Below are positions 16,804-25,433 of a stretch of 64,000 nt of DNA, one piece after another. The translations under genes were made by a program, and so were the position numbers. Source of the stretch: a virus. Lineage: Duplodnaviria; Caudoviricetes. Each line of letters begins with the position of its first letter. Positions within the stretch are counted from its first letter, which is position 1. The DNA lies in the IMG/VR virus record IMGVR_UViG_3300047481_000568, positions 245 through 64,244 of that record; one strand, written 5' to 3'. Below the pieces are notes generated by a model. That model made no database searches, was not told the DNA's origin, and worked only from the letters and a program-made list of their open reading frames with translations.

Positions 16804-17217
16804 CTAAATCTCTGGTACTCCACTATGGTATTTATCAATACCTTCAAAACCACCTTCAAGGTATGCTCTTTCCGTGCCGCCTGGTTTAGCATCTTGTTTA
16901 TATGTCTGATTAGAGCGTAAACGGATGTCTTCTTCTTTTTTTGCCTGTGCGTATTGTTTTCCACGTTTTGCAGACTCTTCACGGTATGCAGGGTCGTTAA
17001 TGCCAGACTTCTCAATGGCCTTCTGGCTTTTCTTTGCGGCTTTGCGTGATGCTTTAGTTGAAGCAGGTGGCTCGCTAGAAATTTTGACTCTCTTTGTTGG
17101 AGCAGGAGGTTCACCATAAATTTTTTGTTCTTTTACTGGTGGCGGTGGAGGTGCTGTTACACCGTGTGGATCGTCATATCGTCCGCCGTGGGGTTTTCTG
17201 TGAAAAATAATGCCCAT
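16804..17217 (-). CDS. low-complexity P/K-rich protein
   Basis: ORF track; GAGG RBS. Confidence 0.75.
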   Translation of the reverse strand: MGIIFHRKPHGGRYDDPHGVTAPPPPPVKEQKIYGEPPAPTKRVKISSEPPASTKASRKAAKKSQKAIEKSGINDPAYREESAKRGKQYAQAKKEEDIRLRSNQTYKQDAKPGGTERAYLEGGFEGIDKYHSGVPEI

Positions 17218-17219
17218 GT

Positions 17220-17510
17220 CTACCTCAGTACTGGTTTAAAAGAGATTGCTGAAATGCTTTCTCCGTTCTCTCCAATAATATCATCAAACCCAATAATGAA
17301 GTAAAGATCAAGACCTCGTGGGGCAACAAAACCACGGGCGATTGCAGCCGCCTTTGCTGCTTGGTTTACAGCGCTTGCGCCAATAGCGCGAATCTTTGGA
17401 AGATGCCCAGCGATGATAGATCGGGCAAGAATAGAGCCAACACTTTGAGGGTTGCTACTACCTGATACTTTTAAAACATCTTCAACCTTTTGATTAAGTT
17501 CTTGTGACAT
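17220..17510 (-). CDS. spoVS: SpoVS (Alba-like fold) family protein
   Basis: LKVS..SNP.SV, IRAIGASAVNQA.KA.AIARGFVAP.G.DL signature. Confidence 0.9.
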   Translation of the reverse strand: MSQELNQKVEDVLKVSGSSNPQSVGSILARSIIAGHLPKIRAIGASAVNQAAKAAAIARGFVAPRGLDLYFIIGFDDIIGENGESISAISFKPVLR

Positions 17511-17555
17511 ATAGACTCCTGTTTGTAAATCATACGGAAGGCCTATATTACCACG

Positions 17556-17918
17556 TTATGCAAAATTGGCGGATTTCAACAATGCGACCATGTCTTCTAA
17601 ACGCATAACTGCATAGGATTCACCTAAAGCCGCTGCCCCTTTTCCTGGGCGCTTTACAACCAATAAAGGTAATCCTTTTGGCAGTTTAGACGCTTGGGTT
17701 ACAGTGTCATTTAGCCATTCGCTTAACTTAAAAGACTTTTGATTCTTGCATTGAATTGCTACCTCGGTAGAATCGGGATGCTTAACACCATGAATATCCC
17801 CAGAATCATTCTCCCCAGCCAAGGCGGTTCTTCTGGCATTAATGAAATCTTGTTCTTTTAGGTAACCGACAATCGCAGTTTCAAATGAAGTACCCTTTGC
17901 TTTATGTTTGTTGCCCAT
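17556..17918 (-). CDS. Holliday junction resolvase (Hjc-like PD-(D/E)XK)
   Basis: KGTSFE, GDI, IQCKN, LVVKR motifs. Confidence 0.85.
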   Translation of the reverse strand: MGNKHKAKGTSFETAIVGYLKEQDFINARRTALAGENDSGDIHGVKHPDSTEVAIQCKNQKSFKLSEWLNDTVTQASKLPKGLPLLVVKRPGKGAAALGESYAVMRLEDMVALLKSANFA

Positions 17919-18177
17919 AACCCAACTCGTCCATTAATCGTTTTCCTTTATTTGTAATTCTGTAAACACGAACCTTTACACCAGCACGGCTTAATCGTTT
18001 TTGACCAGTTCGCTCTAAATAGCCAGCAGTGTTTAACTGACCGACAAGACACCACCAACCGTTGTGTCCTTGATCTAGTTTTGTGTACTCACCCATCTCG
18101 TCAGTGGTCATGTCTTCATGTTCGTAGAAGGCACTCAAAACCAAATAAGAGCGGCTGTTAATTGTTATTGTTTTCAT
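17902..18177 (-). CDS. winged-helix DNA-binding protein
   Basis: MTTDEM...L..AGYLERTG...VYRIT.KG. Confidence 0.7.
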   Translation of the reverse strand: MKTITINSRSYLVLSAFYEHEDMTTDEMGEYTKLDQGHNGWWCLVGQLNTAGYLERTGQKRLSRAGVKVRVYRITNKGKRLMDELGYGQQT

Positions 18178-18180
18178 AAA

Positions 18181-18342
18181 TTACTCCTCTAAAATGTCGT
18201 AATTGGCATAACTCATCAGTATTAACCTTTTGTCAGGAGACACACCAATCCAAGTTGGGGCATCACTGTCGCACAAACACCCTACGGTTCTACGTTCATC
18301 ATTGGAAAAAACGTGACCACAGGAGTTGCAACGAATGTTCAT
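18181..18342 (-). CDS. small zinc-finger protein
   Basis: Start refined to MNIRCNSC...CLC. Confidence 0.65.
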   Translation of the reverse strand: MNIRCNSCGHVFSNDERRTVGCLCDSDAPTWIGVSPDKRLILMSYANYDILEE

Positions 18343-18344
18343 GA

Positions 18345-18842
18345 CTAAGCAATAAACCTTGCAGCTCTGTTTTCTTTTGGAGCAAGACTGATGCGACGAC
18401 TCAACTCTCTTGACAAAACTTGTGCACCTCGTTCGCACCGTTCAAAAACTGTTTCCACAAGTTTCCGGTATGCACGTGCTTGTGTATACGCTTCTTGTTG
18501 TTTTTGCACCTTTTCTTCTACGTCACGTTTTGCTTTGGCAATAGTAACTAACTCTCCTTTAATTTTGTTTCCCCATTGTTCAATCAAAGTGCAAGCCTTT
18601 GTGTACTCAAATGCGTTTAATTCACGTTCCTCAACAATCTCGGCAGCAATTAATTGTGCTTGAGCGTAGTTAACCCAAGACATAAACTCAGAATACAAAG
18701 TCATCAATTCAACTTCTGAAATGTCACCAAGGTTTCGTGGAACTACTGGAAGTAGGCTGTGTGGTTTTTCAGGCAATGCAAAAGTCTTCAAAAACCTATT
18801 CATCTCTGGTGTTTCTTCTACGATCATCATTTGCTCCAACAT
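18345..18842 (-). CDS. helical protein, possible recombination mediator
   Basis: Long amphipathic helices ending in LSRELSRR; next to RecA and Cas4-like genes. Confidence 0.5.
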   Translation of the reverse strand: MLEQMMIVEETPEMNRFLKTFALPEKPHSLLPVVPRNLGDISEVELMTLYSEFMSWVNYAQAQLIAAEIVEERELNAFEYTKACTLIEQWGNKIKGELVTIAKAKRDVEEKVQKQQEAYTQARAYRKLVETVFERCERGAQVLSRELSRRISLAPKENRAARFIA

Positions 18843-19693
18843 GTGTTCTTATATGGACAGTACTTACAACCATTGCAAGTCGCTGCTTCTGCCCATGCTG
18901 GTCGCATAGGTGGAATCTTTTGTTGTAATGCTACTAACAAAATACGGCAATTGTCAAGTATGGGTTGAACCAAATGGGGCAAATACTTAATTGAAAATTC
19001 TTTAACTTCTTGAGAAGGTTTCCATTCATATATAAAAGTCAAATCATGTATGCCAGTGCAATGCATATATAACATACCTTGACGAACATGACTAGGAAAT
19101 GGTTGGCGAATCTTTTTCCACAAGCCGTCAATGCCCATGTTGGGGTTTTCTTCATACTGTTTGTACAAGTCAAAGTCCTCAAAGCGAACTGTGCCCACTC
19201 CAACGGATTTTATTTCAATTAAAGTTCTTCCCTTTTTGTCCGAAACAATCCCGTCAGCACTTCCTCTAATACCATGTTCTTCGTCCTTGACTGGAACTTC
19301 GGCATAACTTAAGGCAACGGTTAAACCACATTCTGGGCAATGATCCGGAGACAAATCCCACCATAAATGGTGACAAGACCCGCAACGAAAATTACCTTCT
19401 AATACACCTGCTTCCCAAAGCCAAGTTTGCCATTTGTGATGAATAGCATGACCTTCTTCAAAAACATTTAAACGTTGAAAAGAAAAGTTTTCGTCAGCCT
19501 TAACTTCGTTCTTAATTGTGTACCAAGATGCTCTTGGACACCAATCTCTTTTTGCTAGTTCGCTGGGATGAAAAAAAGACGTATCTCTTTTCTTGTCTTT
19601 TTGTTTTTTATTTTTTAACAACTGAATTGCAACAGTTGGCAAAATCCTACCGTTCATCTTAAGTAGGTTTTTGTAATTATGCATGTCAGACAT
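18827..19693 (-). CDS. Cas4-like PD-(D/E)XK exonuclease
   Basis: HPS..WCPR, G.AIH, GSADG, IEIKS, Q..LY, terminal C..C.....C; inserted CxxC/CxxC. Confidence 0.85.
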   Translation of the reverse strand: MSDMHNYKNLLKMNGRILPTVAIQLLKNKKQKDKKRDTSFFHPSELAKRDWCPRASWYTIKNEVKADENFSFQRLNVFEEGHAIHHKWQTWLWEAGVLEGNFRCGSCHHLWWDLSPDHCPECGLTVALSYAEVPVKDEEHGIRGSADGIVSDKKGRTLIEIKSVGVGTVRFEDFDLYKQYEENPNMGIDGLWKKIRQPFPSHVRQGMLYMHCTGIHDLTFIYEWKPSQEVKEFSIKYLPHLVQPILDNCRILLVALQQKIPPMRPAWAEAATCNGCKYCPYKNTCWSK

Positions 19694-20024
19694 CAGTTGT
19701 TATCTCCAAAAAATCATCCTCACCAATGACCACGTAACGACGACCAGCGAGGTCAAACTGCAACACAGGTACACGATCTTCAAGTAACGCACGATCCCTC
19801 AATTCTCTTAAATCAACTTCTTTAAGAGTAATAGTCTTTTTGTTCTCAGTCAACTTGTTTTCAATAAGATATTCATGGCTACGTACGTCATTCTTACGAA
19901 GCCAACCAGCCCCTGAACGGGCGTTTCTAGAACCTTTGTATCTGTCTGCAGTCCTCTTTTCTTGTTTCTTAGAAGACTTCATGATCCTTGTATGTTTATC
20001 AGGATCTCTTCCTAATATGGTCAT
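19686..20024 (-). CDS. small PD-(D/E)XK-like nuclease
   Basis: QE.R.A...G....SGAG...KND....LIENK. Confidence 0.7.
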   Translation of the reverse strand: MTILGRDPDKHTRIMKSSKKQEKRTADRYKGSRNARSGAGWLRKNDVRSHEYLIENKLTENKKTITLKEVDLRELRDRALLEDRVPVLQFDLAGRRYVVIGEDDFLEITTDV

Positions 20025-21043
20025 CTAACCACTTTGTAATACTCTTCAATGTCATGCTTTAGTTCTTTTTGCATAAACAAATCTTCCCTAAAAGCCTCAA
20101 GCATCTTGTCCTTGCCTTGCCACTTTTGACTGCCATAAGCGTAATACGCTCCTGAACGAGTTATCACATCAATAACTGTTGCAATGTTTATCATATCTTT
20201 TAAGGTATCAAAAGAACCTTTAGGGAAACCTGTGGCGTCAGTAAAGTAAAAATCAACAACTGCTTGTTGTGATGGTTTGTACGTTTTGTTTTTTAAAGTA
20301 CGGGCTTTAATAGTTTGCCCTACAATTTCGTCTTTCTCTTTAAGCCATTCATCTCGCCTGACTTCAACACGAACAAAATAACTAAAGTTCTTAGCAAGAC
20401 CGCCTGGTGTTGTCCTACTGTCTCCCCACATTACGCCAATCTTTTGACGCCATTGATTAATCATCAAACCAGTGCATGAACGTTCTTTTTCTACCATTGA
20501 ACGTTTCTGCGCTTCTGATGCTTTGCGGAAAAACTTTGATGTGATGCGAGCACCTAAACCAACTGTGAACTCGTCCATCATTCGTTCTGATTCGTCTGTG
20601 GGTACAAGTGCTGGTAAAGAATCAATCACAATGCAGTCAGCAGCACGATTCTTCATAAGTTCAATGACCAAGTTGTACGCTTGCTCCATACTGTTGGTCT
20701 CAATGACCCACAAACGAGAAAGATCAACACCAATTGATTTTGCGTAGTCGGGCACAAATTCTTCTGCCGCTACCCAAACTGCTGTCCAATCTGGGTCAAG
20801 TGCTTGGTTTGCTGCAATAGTTTTGAATGCAAGTGCCGTCTTTCCAGACGACTCATCACCAATTATTTCTGACCATTGATTGGCAGGCCACCCACCACCA
20901 AGCATCAAATCGTAAGCAAGAATTCCCGTAGTGGTACGTTCTAGTTGCTGGTGCATAGCATCAGCTCTTAAAATTGAAACGTCGTTTTGTTTTTTGTTTA
21001 TCTTGTTGATGATTGCCGATATTGATTCGTAATCAGTTTCCAT
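20021..21043 (-). CDS. recA: RecA-family recombinase
   Basis: TTG...D..LGGG.P, GDESSGKT, IVIDSLPAL, INQ.R, TPGG; start refined to METDYE after GAGGA. Confidence 0.92.
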   Translation of the reverse strand: METDYESISAIINKINKKQNDVSILRADAMHQQLERTTTGILAYDLMLGGGWPANQWSEIIGDESSGKTALAFKTIAANQALDPDWTAVWVAAEEFVPDYAKSIGVDLSRLWVIETNSMEQAYNLVIELMKNRAADCIVIDSLPALVPTDESERMMDEFTVGLGARITSKFFRKASEAQKRSMVEKERSCTGLMINQWRQKIGVMWGDSRTTPGGLAKNFSYFVRVEVRRDEWLKEKDEIVGQTIKARTLKNKTYKPSQQAVVDFYFTDATGFPKGSFDTLKDMINIATVIDVITRSGAYYAYGSQKWQGKDKMLEAFREDLFMQKELKHDIEEYYKVVR

Positions 21044-21053
21044 TTTGTGTTCC

Positions 21054-21410
21054 TCATACTGACCATGATGCCTGGTCTGCTTGTTCATATAAACCGTTCC
21101 ACCCGCATTCAAAACATCTTGGTGCTGGTGTGTGGCCTAGCGTACCACCGTTTGATCTACTAAACACGTTTTTGCTACCGCAGCGTGGGCATGTAAGAGA
21201 CCCTTCACGGCGATGGGCTTCCCCACCTTTCCATGTTCTTATTGCTGTTCCCATATCTGTTTGACCATTTGGGTCTCTTTGTTCTTGAACAGCAACTGTT
21301 GTTGCTTGTTGACGCAATGCAGGAAGAATTACATTCTTAGTAACCGGAGGCAGAGAAGAACTTTCCTGTTGATCTTTGTTACTTAATTTTTTATCCCACC
21401 ACGATGACAT
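21054..21410 (-). CDS. zinc-ribbon protein
   Basis: CPRCGS...RCFECG. Confidence 0.75.
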   Translation of the reverse strand: MSSWWDKKLSNKDQQESSSLPPVTKNVILPALRQQATTVAVQEQRDPNGQTDMGTAIRTWKGGEAHRREGSLTCPRCGSKNVFSRSNGGTLGHTPAPRCFECGWNGLYEQADQASWSV

Positions 21411-21432
21411 GTCGTGTAAACCTCATTTTGTG

Positions 21433-21807
21433 TTAATCGTCTTCGTACTCTTCATCATACTCAATACTTCCAAGCAAGGCAACCTTGCCATTTGACAATA
21501 GTTTTTGAACAAGTGCCATACTGTAGGACAAGATTACCGCTTTGGTGCTCTCTACCATTTCAAGAGACGGTTTTGGAATATCAGGCTGTGTCGTTGACAG
21601 TACTTGAGCAAACCATTCAACAGATTCCACAATCTCATCAAAAATTCCAAAATCGTGTAATGTCTCCCATTGACCTTCAATCAATTGATTTTCCAACTCT
21701 TCAACATCTTTTGAAACTGGGGCAAAACCTAATTGATTTGCAACACTTTGTCCGGTAATGGAAGAAAGCATTAAACAAAAATTTCGTTTGTCAAGAGTAG
21801 TTGTCAT
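21433..21807 (-). CDS. hypothetical protein
   Basis: Start refined to MTTTLD (ATGA overlap with polymerase stop). Confidence 0.75.
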   Translation of the reverse strand: MTTTLDKRNFCLMLSSITGQSVANQLGFAPVSKDVEELENQLIEGQWETLHDFGIFDEIVESVEWFAQVLSTTQPDIPKPSLEMVESTKAVILSYSMALVQKLLSNGKVALLGSIEYDEEYEDD

Positions 21808-23852
21808 TGTTTTGCCTCCGCCCAACTTCGTGCCGAATGACACGAAACTTTTAATGTGACTCCCATGATATCTCTATTATGACCCATGGCGGTGATCAGT
21901 GTGTTTATTGATGTTTCTTCTTGGTCTTCAGGAGTAATGGCAACAAGTTCGTCGTGAACCTGCACAAGCATTTTTGTTTTAGTATCTTTAAAAGCATTGT
22001 CAACATCAATCATGGCTTGTTTACAAATGTCAGCAGCACTTCCTTGAATGATTGCGTTAATTGCTTGTCGTTGTGCTCTTGAAACTAACTCAGACGAACG
22101 AGAAGATAAATCAGGCAATCGTCTGCGCCTTCCACTAAGTGTTGTAACGTACCCTTTTTTGGTTGCTGTAGCTATAGCCGTCTGCTTCCATTTAGTTAGC
22201 CCAGAAAAACTTTTGTAATAAGAGGCCAGAAGTTCTTCGGCATGTTCTGGTGTTATGCCAGTGACTCTCGCAAGTTTGGTTGAACCACCGCCATAGGCTG
22301 TTAAAAAGTTTACGCCTTTACCAATTTGTCGTTCTTCCGAAGTAACTTCACAAACACCTTTTTTAAACACAGCAGCAGCTGTTGCTGAGTGAATGTCTTC
22401 GTTGTGTTTAAAGATCTCAAGTAAACGAGCATCTTGACTGAACATAGCCATAACACGCAGTTCAATCTGATCGTAGTCAGCGACCAACATTGTGTACCCG
22501 TCCGGTGGTACAAACAGTTTTCTAATACTGGAATCACGAGGAATGTTTTGAAGGTTTGGAGATGATGAAGACAAACGCCCAGTGGCTGTCCTATGTAGAT
22601 TGAATGAAGGATGTAGTTTGTTGTTGTTAAGTTTTGGCAACAAACCATCTACATAGGTATTCTTTAGCTTCTGTGTTTCAGACCACTCCAAAAGAAGTGG
22701 TATTACTGGATGCTTACCCCGAAGACTTTCCAGAGACTCTGTGTCCACTGATGGTGCGCCTTTTGGTGTTTTCTTGGTGGGCTTTAAACCTAACCCACCT
22801 TCTCGCTTTTTGTTAAATAAAAACAATTGCTTGTCCTTATTTGAATCTGGATTGAATCCAGGGTAAGCAAACTCTGATAAAAGTAATAAAGTGTCGTTTA
22901 ACTTTGTGTCTAACTCTTTTCGCAAATTCTTTAGGTTATAACCATCTACAGTAATGCCTTCTTGCTCCATGCTCATCAATACCTGAAGCACATCCATGTC
23001 TTGTTCCATTACAGGTAACAACGAAGATTCGGCTTTTAACTTAGCCATCAGCTTTATGTAGAGCATCCATGTCCAGCGAGCGTCTAAGTGAACGTAACGA
23101 GATGCGGCGCCGTAAGTAACTGAGTCAATAGTTTTGCCAAGCTTTCCTTCTTTGTCGTAAGGAGCATGACTACCAAAATTGTGGGCAATCAAGTTAACTA
23201 AAGAAAAACTAGAAATGTTTTCATCGCAAATGTGTTGTAGGACCATCGTGTCTCTATATGGTCCTGGCGGTAATTCTCCATAATACTTTTGAATAGATAG
23301 AGCATCAAACTTTACGTTGTGCCCTACCTTTATTGCATTGCCAAAAAACAATGGGCGTAGACACTCAAACACGTCATAGCGAGATAACTGAGCCGGAGGT
23401 TCTGAGTGAACAGCAGGAATGTAATACTTTGTTTTAGCTGTTGAAACTTTACCGTTCTTTAAGACTTTGCGGTACTCAAGAGGGGGTAATGTCGCTCCGT
23501 CACCACGCTGTTCGGGTACGAGTACCTCTCCTAATTTATGTCCCATTGGGATAGCCCACGAATGCCCATGTGTTGCAATGCCCAACCAGAACACTTCGTT
23601 GCGTAGTGGATTAACTGCAAGGTCTTTAAGATATCGTTGGCGAATTGCTTCAGTAGATCTCTCAACAACATCCTCGCTGGGGTTCTTGAGTGTTGCAATG
23701 TGTTGTGCGCACTCTTTTTGAAAGTGTGCATTTACATCATCGTGACGCTCAAGAACACCCCGCGATTCAATGTCAAAAGCAAACGAGCCAAATTCTGTGA
23801 CTACATCTACTATTTGCTTTAATTCATCAACGGTGTTTACCGTCTTGTACAT
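21804..23852 (-). CDS. polA: family A DNA polymerase (3'-5' exonuclease + polymerase)
   Basis: FDIE, HNVKFD, TATGRLSSSSPNLQNIP, DYDQIELR, R..GK.VNF...YG, QGSAAD, VHDE. Confidence 0.97.
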   Translation of the reverse strand: MYKTVNTVDELKQIVDVVTEFGSFAFDIESRGVLERHDDVNAHFQKECAQHIATLKNPSEDVVERSTEAIRQRYLKDLAVNPLRNEVFWLGIATHGHSWAIPMGHKLGEVLVPEQRGDGATLPPLEYRKVLKNGKVSTAKTKYYIPAVHSEPPAQLSRYDVFECLRPLFFGNAIKVGHNVKFDALSIQKYYGELPPGPYRDTMVLQHICDENISSFSLVNLIAHNFGSHAPYDKEGKLGKTIDSVTYGAASRYVHLDARWTWMLYIKLMAKLKAESSLLPVMEQDMDVLQVLMSMEQEGITVDGYNLKNLRKELDTKLNDTLLLLSEFAYPGFNPDSNKDKQLFLFNKKREGGLGLKPTKKTPKGAPSVDTESLESLRGKHPVIPLLLEWSETQKLKNTYVDGLLPKLNNNKLHPSFNLHRTATGRLSSSSPNLQNIPRDSSIRKLFVPPDGYTMLVADYDQIELRVMAMFSQDARLLEIFKHNEDIHSATAAAVFKKGVCEVTSEERQIGKGVNFLTAYGGGSTKLARVTGITPEHAEELLASYYKSFSGLTKWKQTAIATATKKGYVTTLSGRRRRLPDLSSRSSELVSRAQRQAINAIIQGSAADICKQAMIDVDNAFKDTKTKMLVQVHDELVAITPEDQEETSINTLITAMGHNRDIMGVTLKVSCHSARSWAEAKQ

Positions 23853-23855
23853 TGA

Positions 23856-24575
23856 TTACCGTGCGTCGTTGATCTCGGATGAAATGTCCAAAAGCTCTGA
23901 ACGTGTTGGTATTGAAATGATTTCAGGTGTGTAACAATTGCGCTTAAGCACAGACATATCTTCGTCTGTATAGCCAACCATTGACCACTCTGACAAGTCA
24001 CGCTCACGAACCATTTGAAGAATGGTTTGTGTTTGTGCGCCTTTGCCAGTCTTGGATACTGCCCAATAGTGTTTGGACAATGGACCTTGCTGTGGATTTG
24101 TGTGGAAGTTCTTAAGTTGGTCAATCAAACGAACGCCAACCTCAAATGACTTAACTGATAGGTCTCCGTCTTCGCCAAGTACTGCAATGTTGAAAGCAAA
24201 CTTAGTTGATGGGCGATTACCAGCGTCACAAAGTGGGCAACCTTCAGGATGATCTGCCAAGCAAACAAAAGACTTCTGACCAGCACGGCCATCAATCCAG
24301 TGTGTGCGAAACGATGCATAAGGTTCGTCCTCTAAGAACTTAATAATTTGTGGATCTTCTGTGACTTTAAAACGTTGAGCAAACGCTGAAGTTGATTCTT
24401 GCACTTTTTGTGCTGCACCCCAACCACGGTTGATTACGCTTTTCTTTCCAGGATTAGCCACTGGTGTTTCTACTCGCTCTTTTTGAGTGAGGGATTCTTT
24501 CTTTGTTGCAACCTTGACAGGCGAATCAAACTCTACTTCGTCTGTGTCAAAGTCATCGTCGTATTTATTTGGCAT
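23856..24575 (-). CDS. single-stranded DNA-binding protein (gp32-like)
   Basis: IIKFL, HW, C...CPLC, FAFN, VSKTG.G..T; between helicase and polymerase genes. Confidence 0.75.
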   Translation of the reverse strand: MPNKYDDDFDTDEVEFDSPVKVATKKESLTQKERVETPVANPGKKSVINRGWGAAQKVQESTSAFAQRFKVTEDPQIIKFLEDEPYASFRTHWIDGRAGQKSFVCLADHPEGCPLCDAGNRPSTKFAFNIAVLGEDGDLSVKSFEVGVRLIDQLKNFHTNPQQGPLSKHYWAVSKTGKGAQTQTILQMVRERDLSEWSMVGYTDEDMSVLKRNCYTPEIISIPTRSELLDISSEINDAR

Positions 24576-24605
24576 TTGTCTTTGTCCTTTGTGTGTGTGT
24601 ATTTT

Positions 24606-25031
24606 TTATTTTTTCCAGTTGTCTGTTATGTATTGCTTTAATTTATTCCAGTTCTCAGCTGTCACGGTAGTTGGTGGTGTATCTCCAATTATCGTGTTAA
24701 CTGCTAACACTATCAAGTCTACCTGCTTGCGTGTATAAATCCTCCTCCCTTTTGCCTCTACCCCAGGAAGTTGTCCCCCGTCTGGAGGTGCTGTTCGGTA
24801 TATGGGTTTTGGGATAATTCCTTTCTTCTCCCAAGTTCTAACAGTTATCGTTTTCTTTCCTAAAACTTTAGCTAATTGTCCAATTGTAAACACTTCAGTG
24901 CGTTCTCCCTTAATTACGTAGTAAGAAGATTTAACGCCAAAAAACGGGTCGTCAATCTTCTTTGGCTTACGCTTTGTCCTGTTCTTTGGAGGGCGCTTTC
25001 CTGGGTAATCCTCTACACCTTTAAAGCCCAC
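24606..25031 (-). CDS. MerR-like HTH protein
   Basis: FTIGQLAKVLG....TVRTWE..GIIP...RRIYT. Confidence 0.8.
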   Translation of the reverse strand: MGFKGVEDYPGKRPPKNRTKRKPKKIDDPFFGVKSSYYVIKGERTEVFTIGQLAKVLGKKTITVRTWEKKGIIPKPIYRTAPPDGGQLPGVEAKGRRIYTRKQVDLIVLAVNTIIGDTPPTTVTAENWNKLKQYITDNWKK

Positions 25032-25432
25032 GTTTCCTTCTCCACATAGAATGATTTAACTTTTTCTTGAAGCTCATCGTTATCCCATGCTAGACCAAGA
25101 AGGCGATCTTCGCTGATGGTTTCAATAATTTCTTTAACCGTATCCCAATACCCATTTTCTTTTGCCCAAGCTTCTGCTGCAGACGCATTGAATGTTTTAG
25201 AAATGCGGCGCTCTCTTTTAATCTCACATGCTGGAAGATTGATCCATAAATTTCCTTTGTCGTCTGGCTTGCCATATGCGTCAAGAACTTCTGTCAATTC
25301 TTTTTTAAAACCGTCTAAGCGTTTTTGTGTTGTCTCCAACATTGCTTTATGATTTTGAAATTCGCTAACAAGTTTACTAACGTATGCTTCATCAAAAGTT
25401 GATTCAAGTTGTTGTCTAACTATTTTGCTCAT
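25013..25432 (-). CDS. hypothetical protein, coiled-coil N-terminus
   Basis: ORF track. Confidence 0.75.
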   Translation of the reverse strand: MSKIVRQQLESTFDEAYVSKLVSEFQNHKAMLETTQKRLDGFKKELTEVLDAYGKPDDKGNLWINLPACEIKRERRISKTFNASAAEAWAKENGYWDTVKEIIETISEDRLLGLAWDNDELQEKVKSFYVEKETWALKV

Positions 25433-25433
25433 G

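Noticed and set aside
18827-19693. Cas4-like gene as evidence of a CRISPR-Cas locus
   Set aside because: No cas1/cas2 or repeat-spacer array; it sits in a RecA/resolvase module, as stand-alone phage Cas4-like nucleases commonly do
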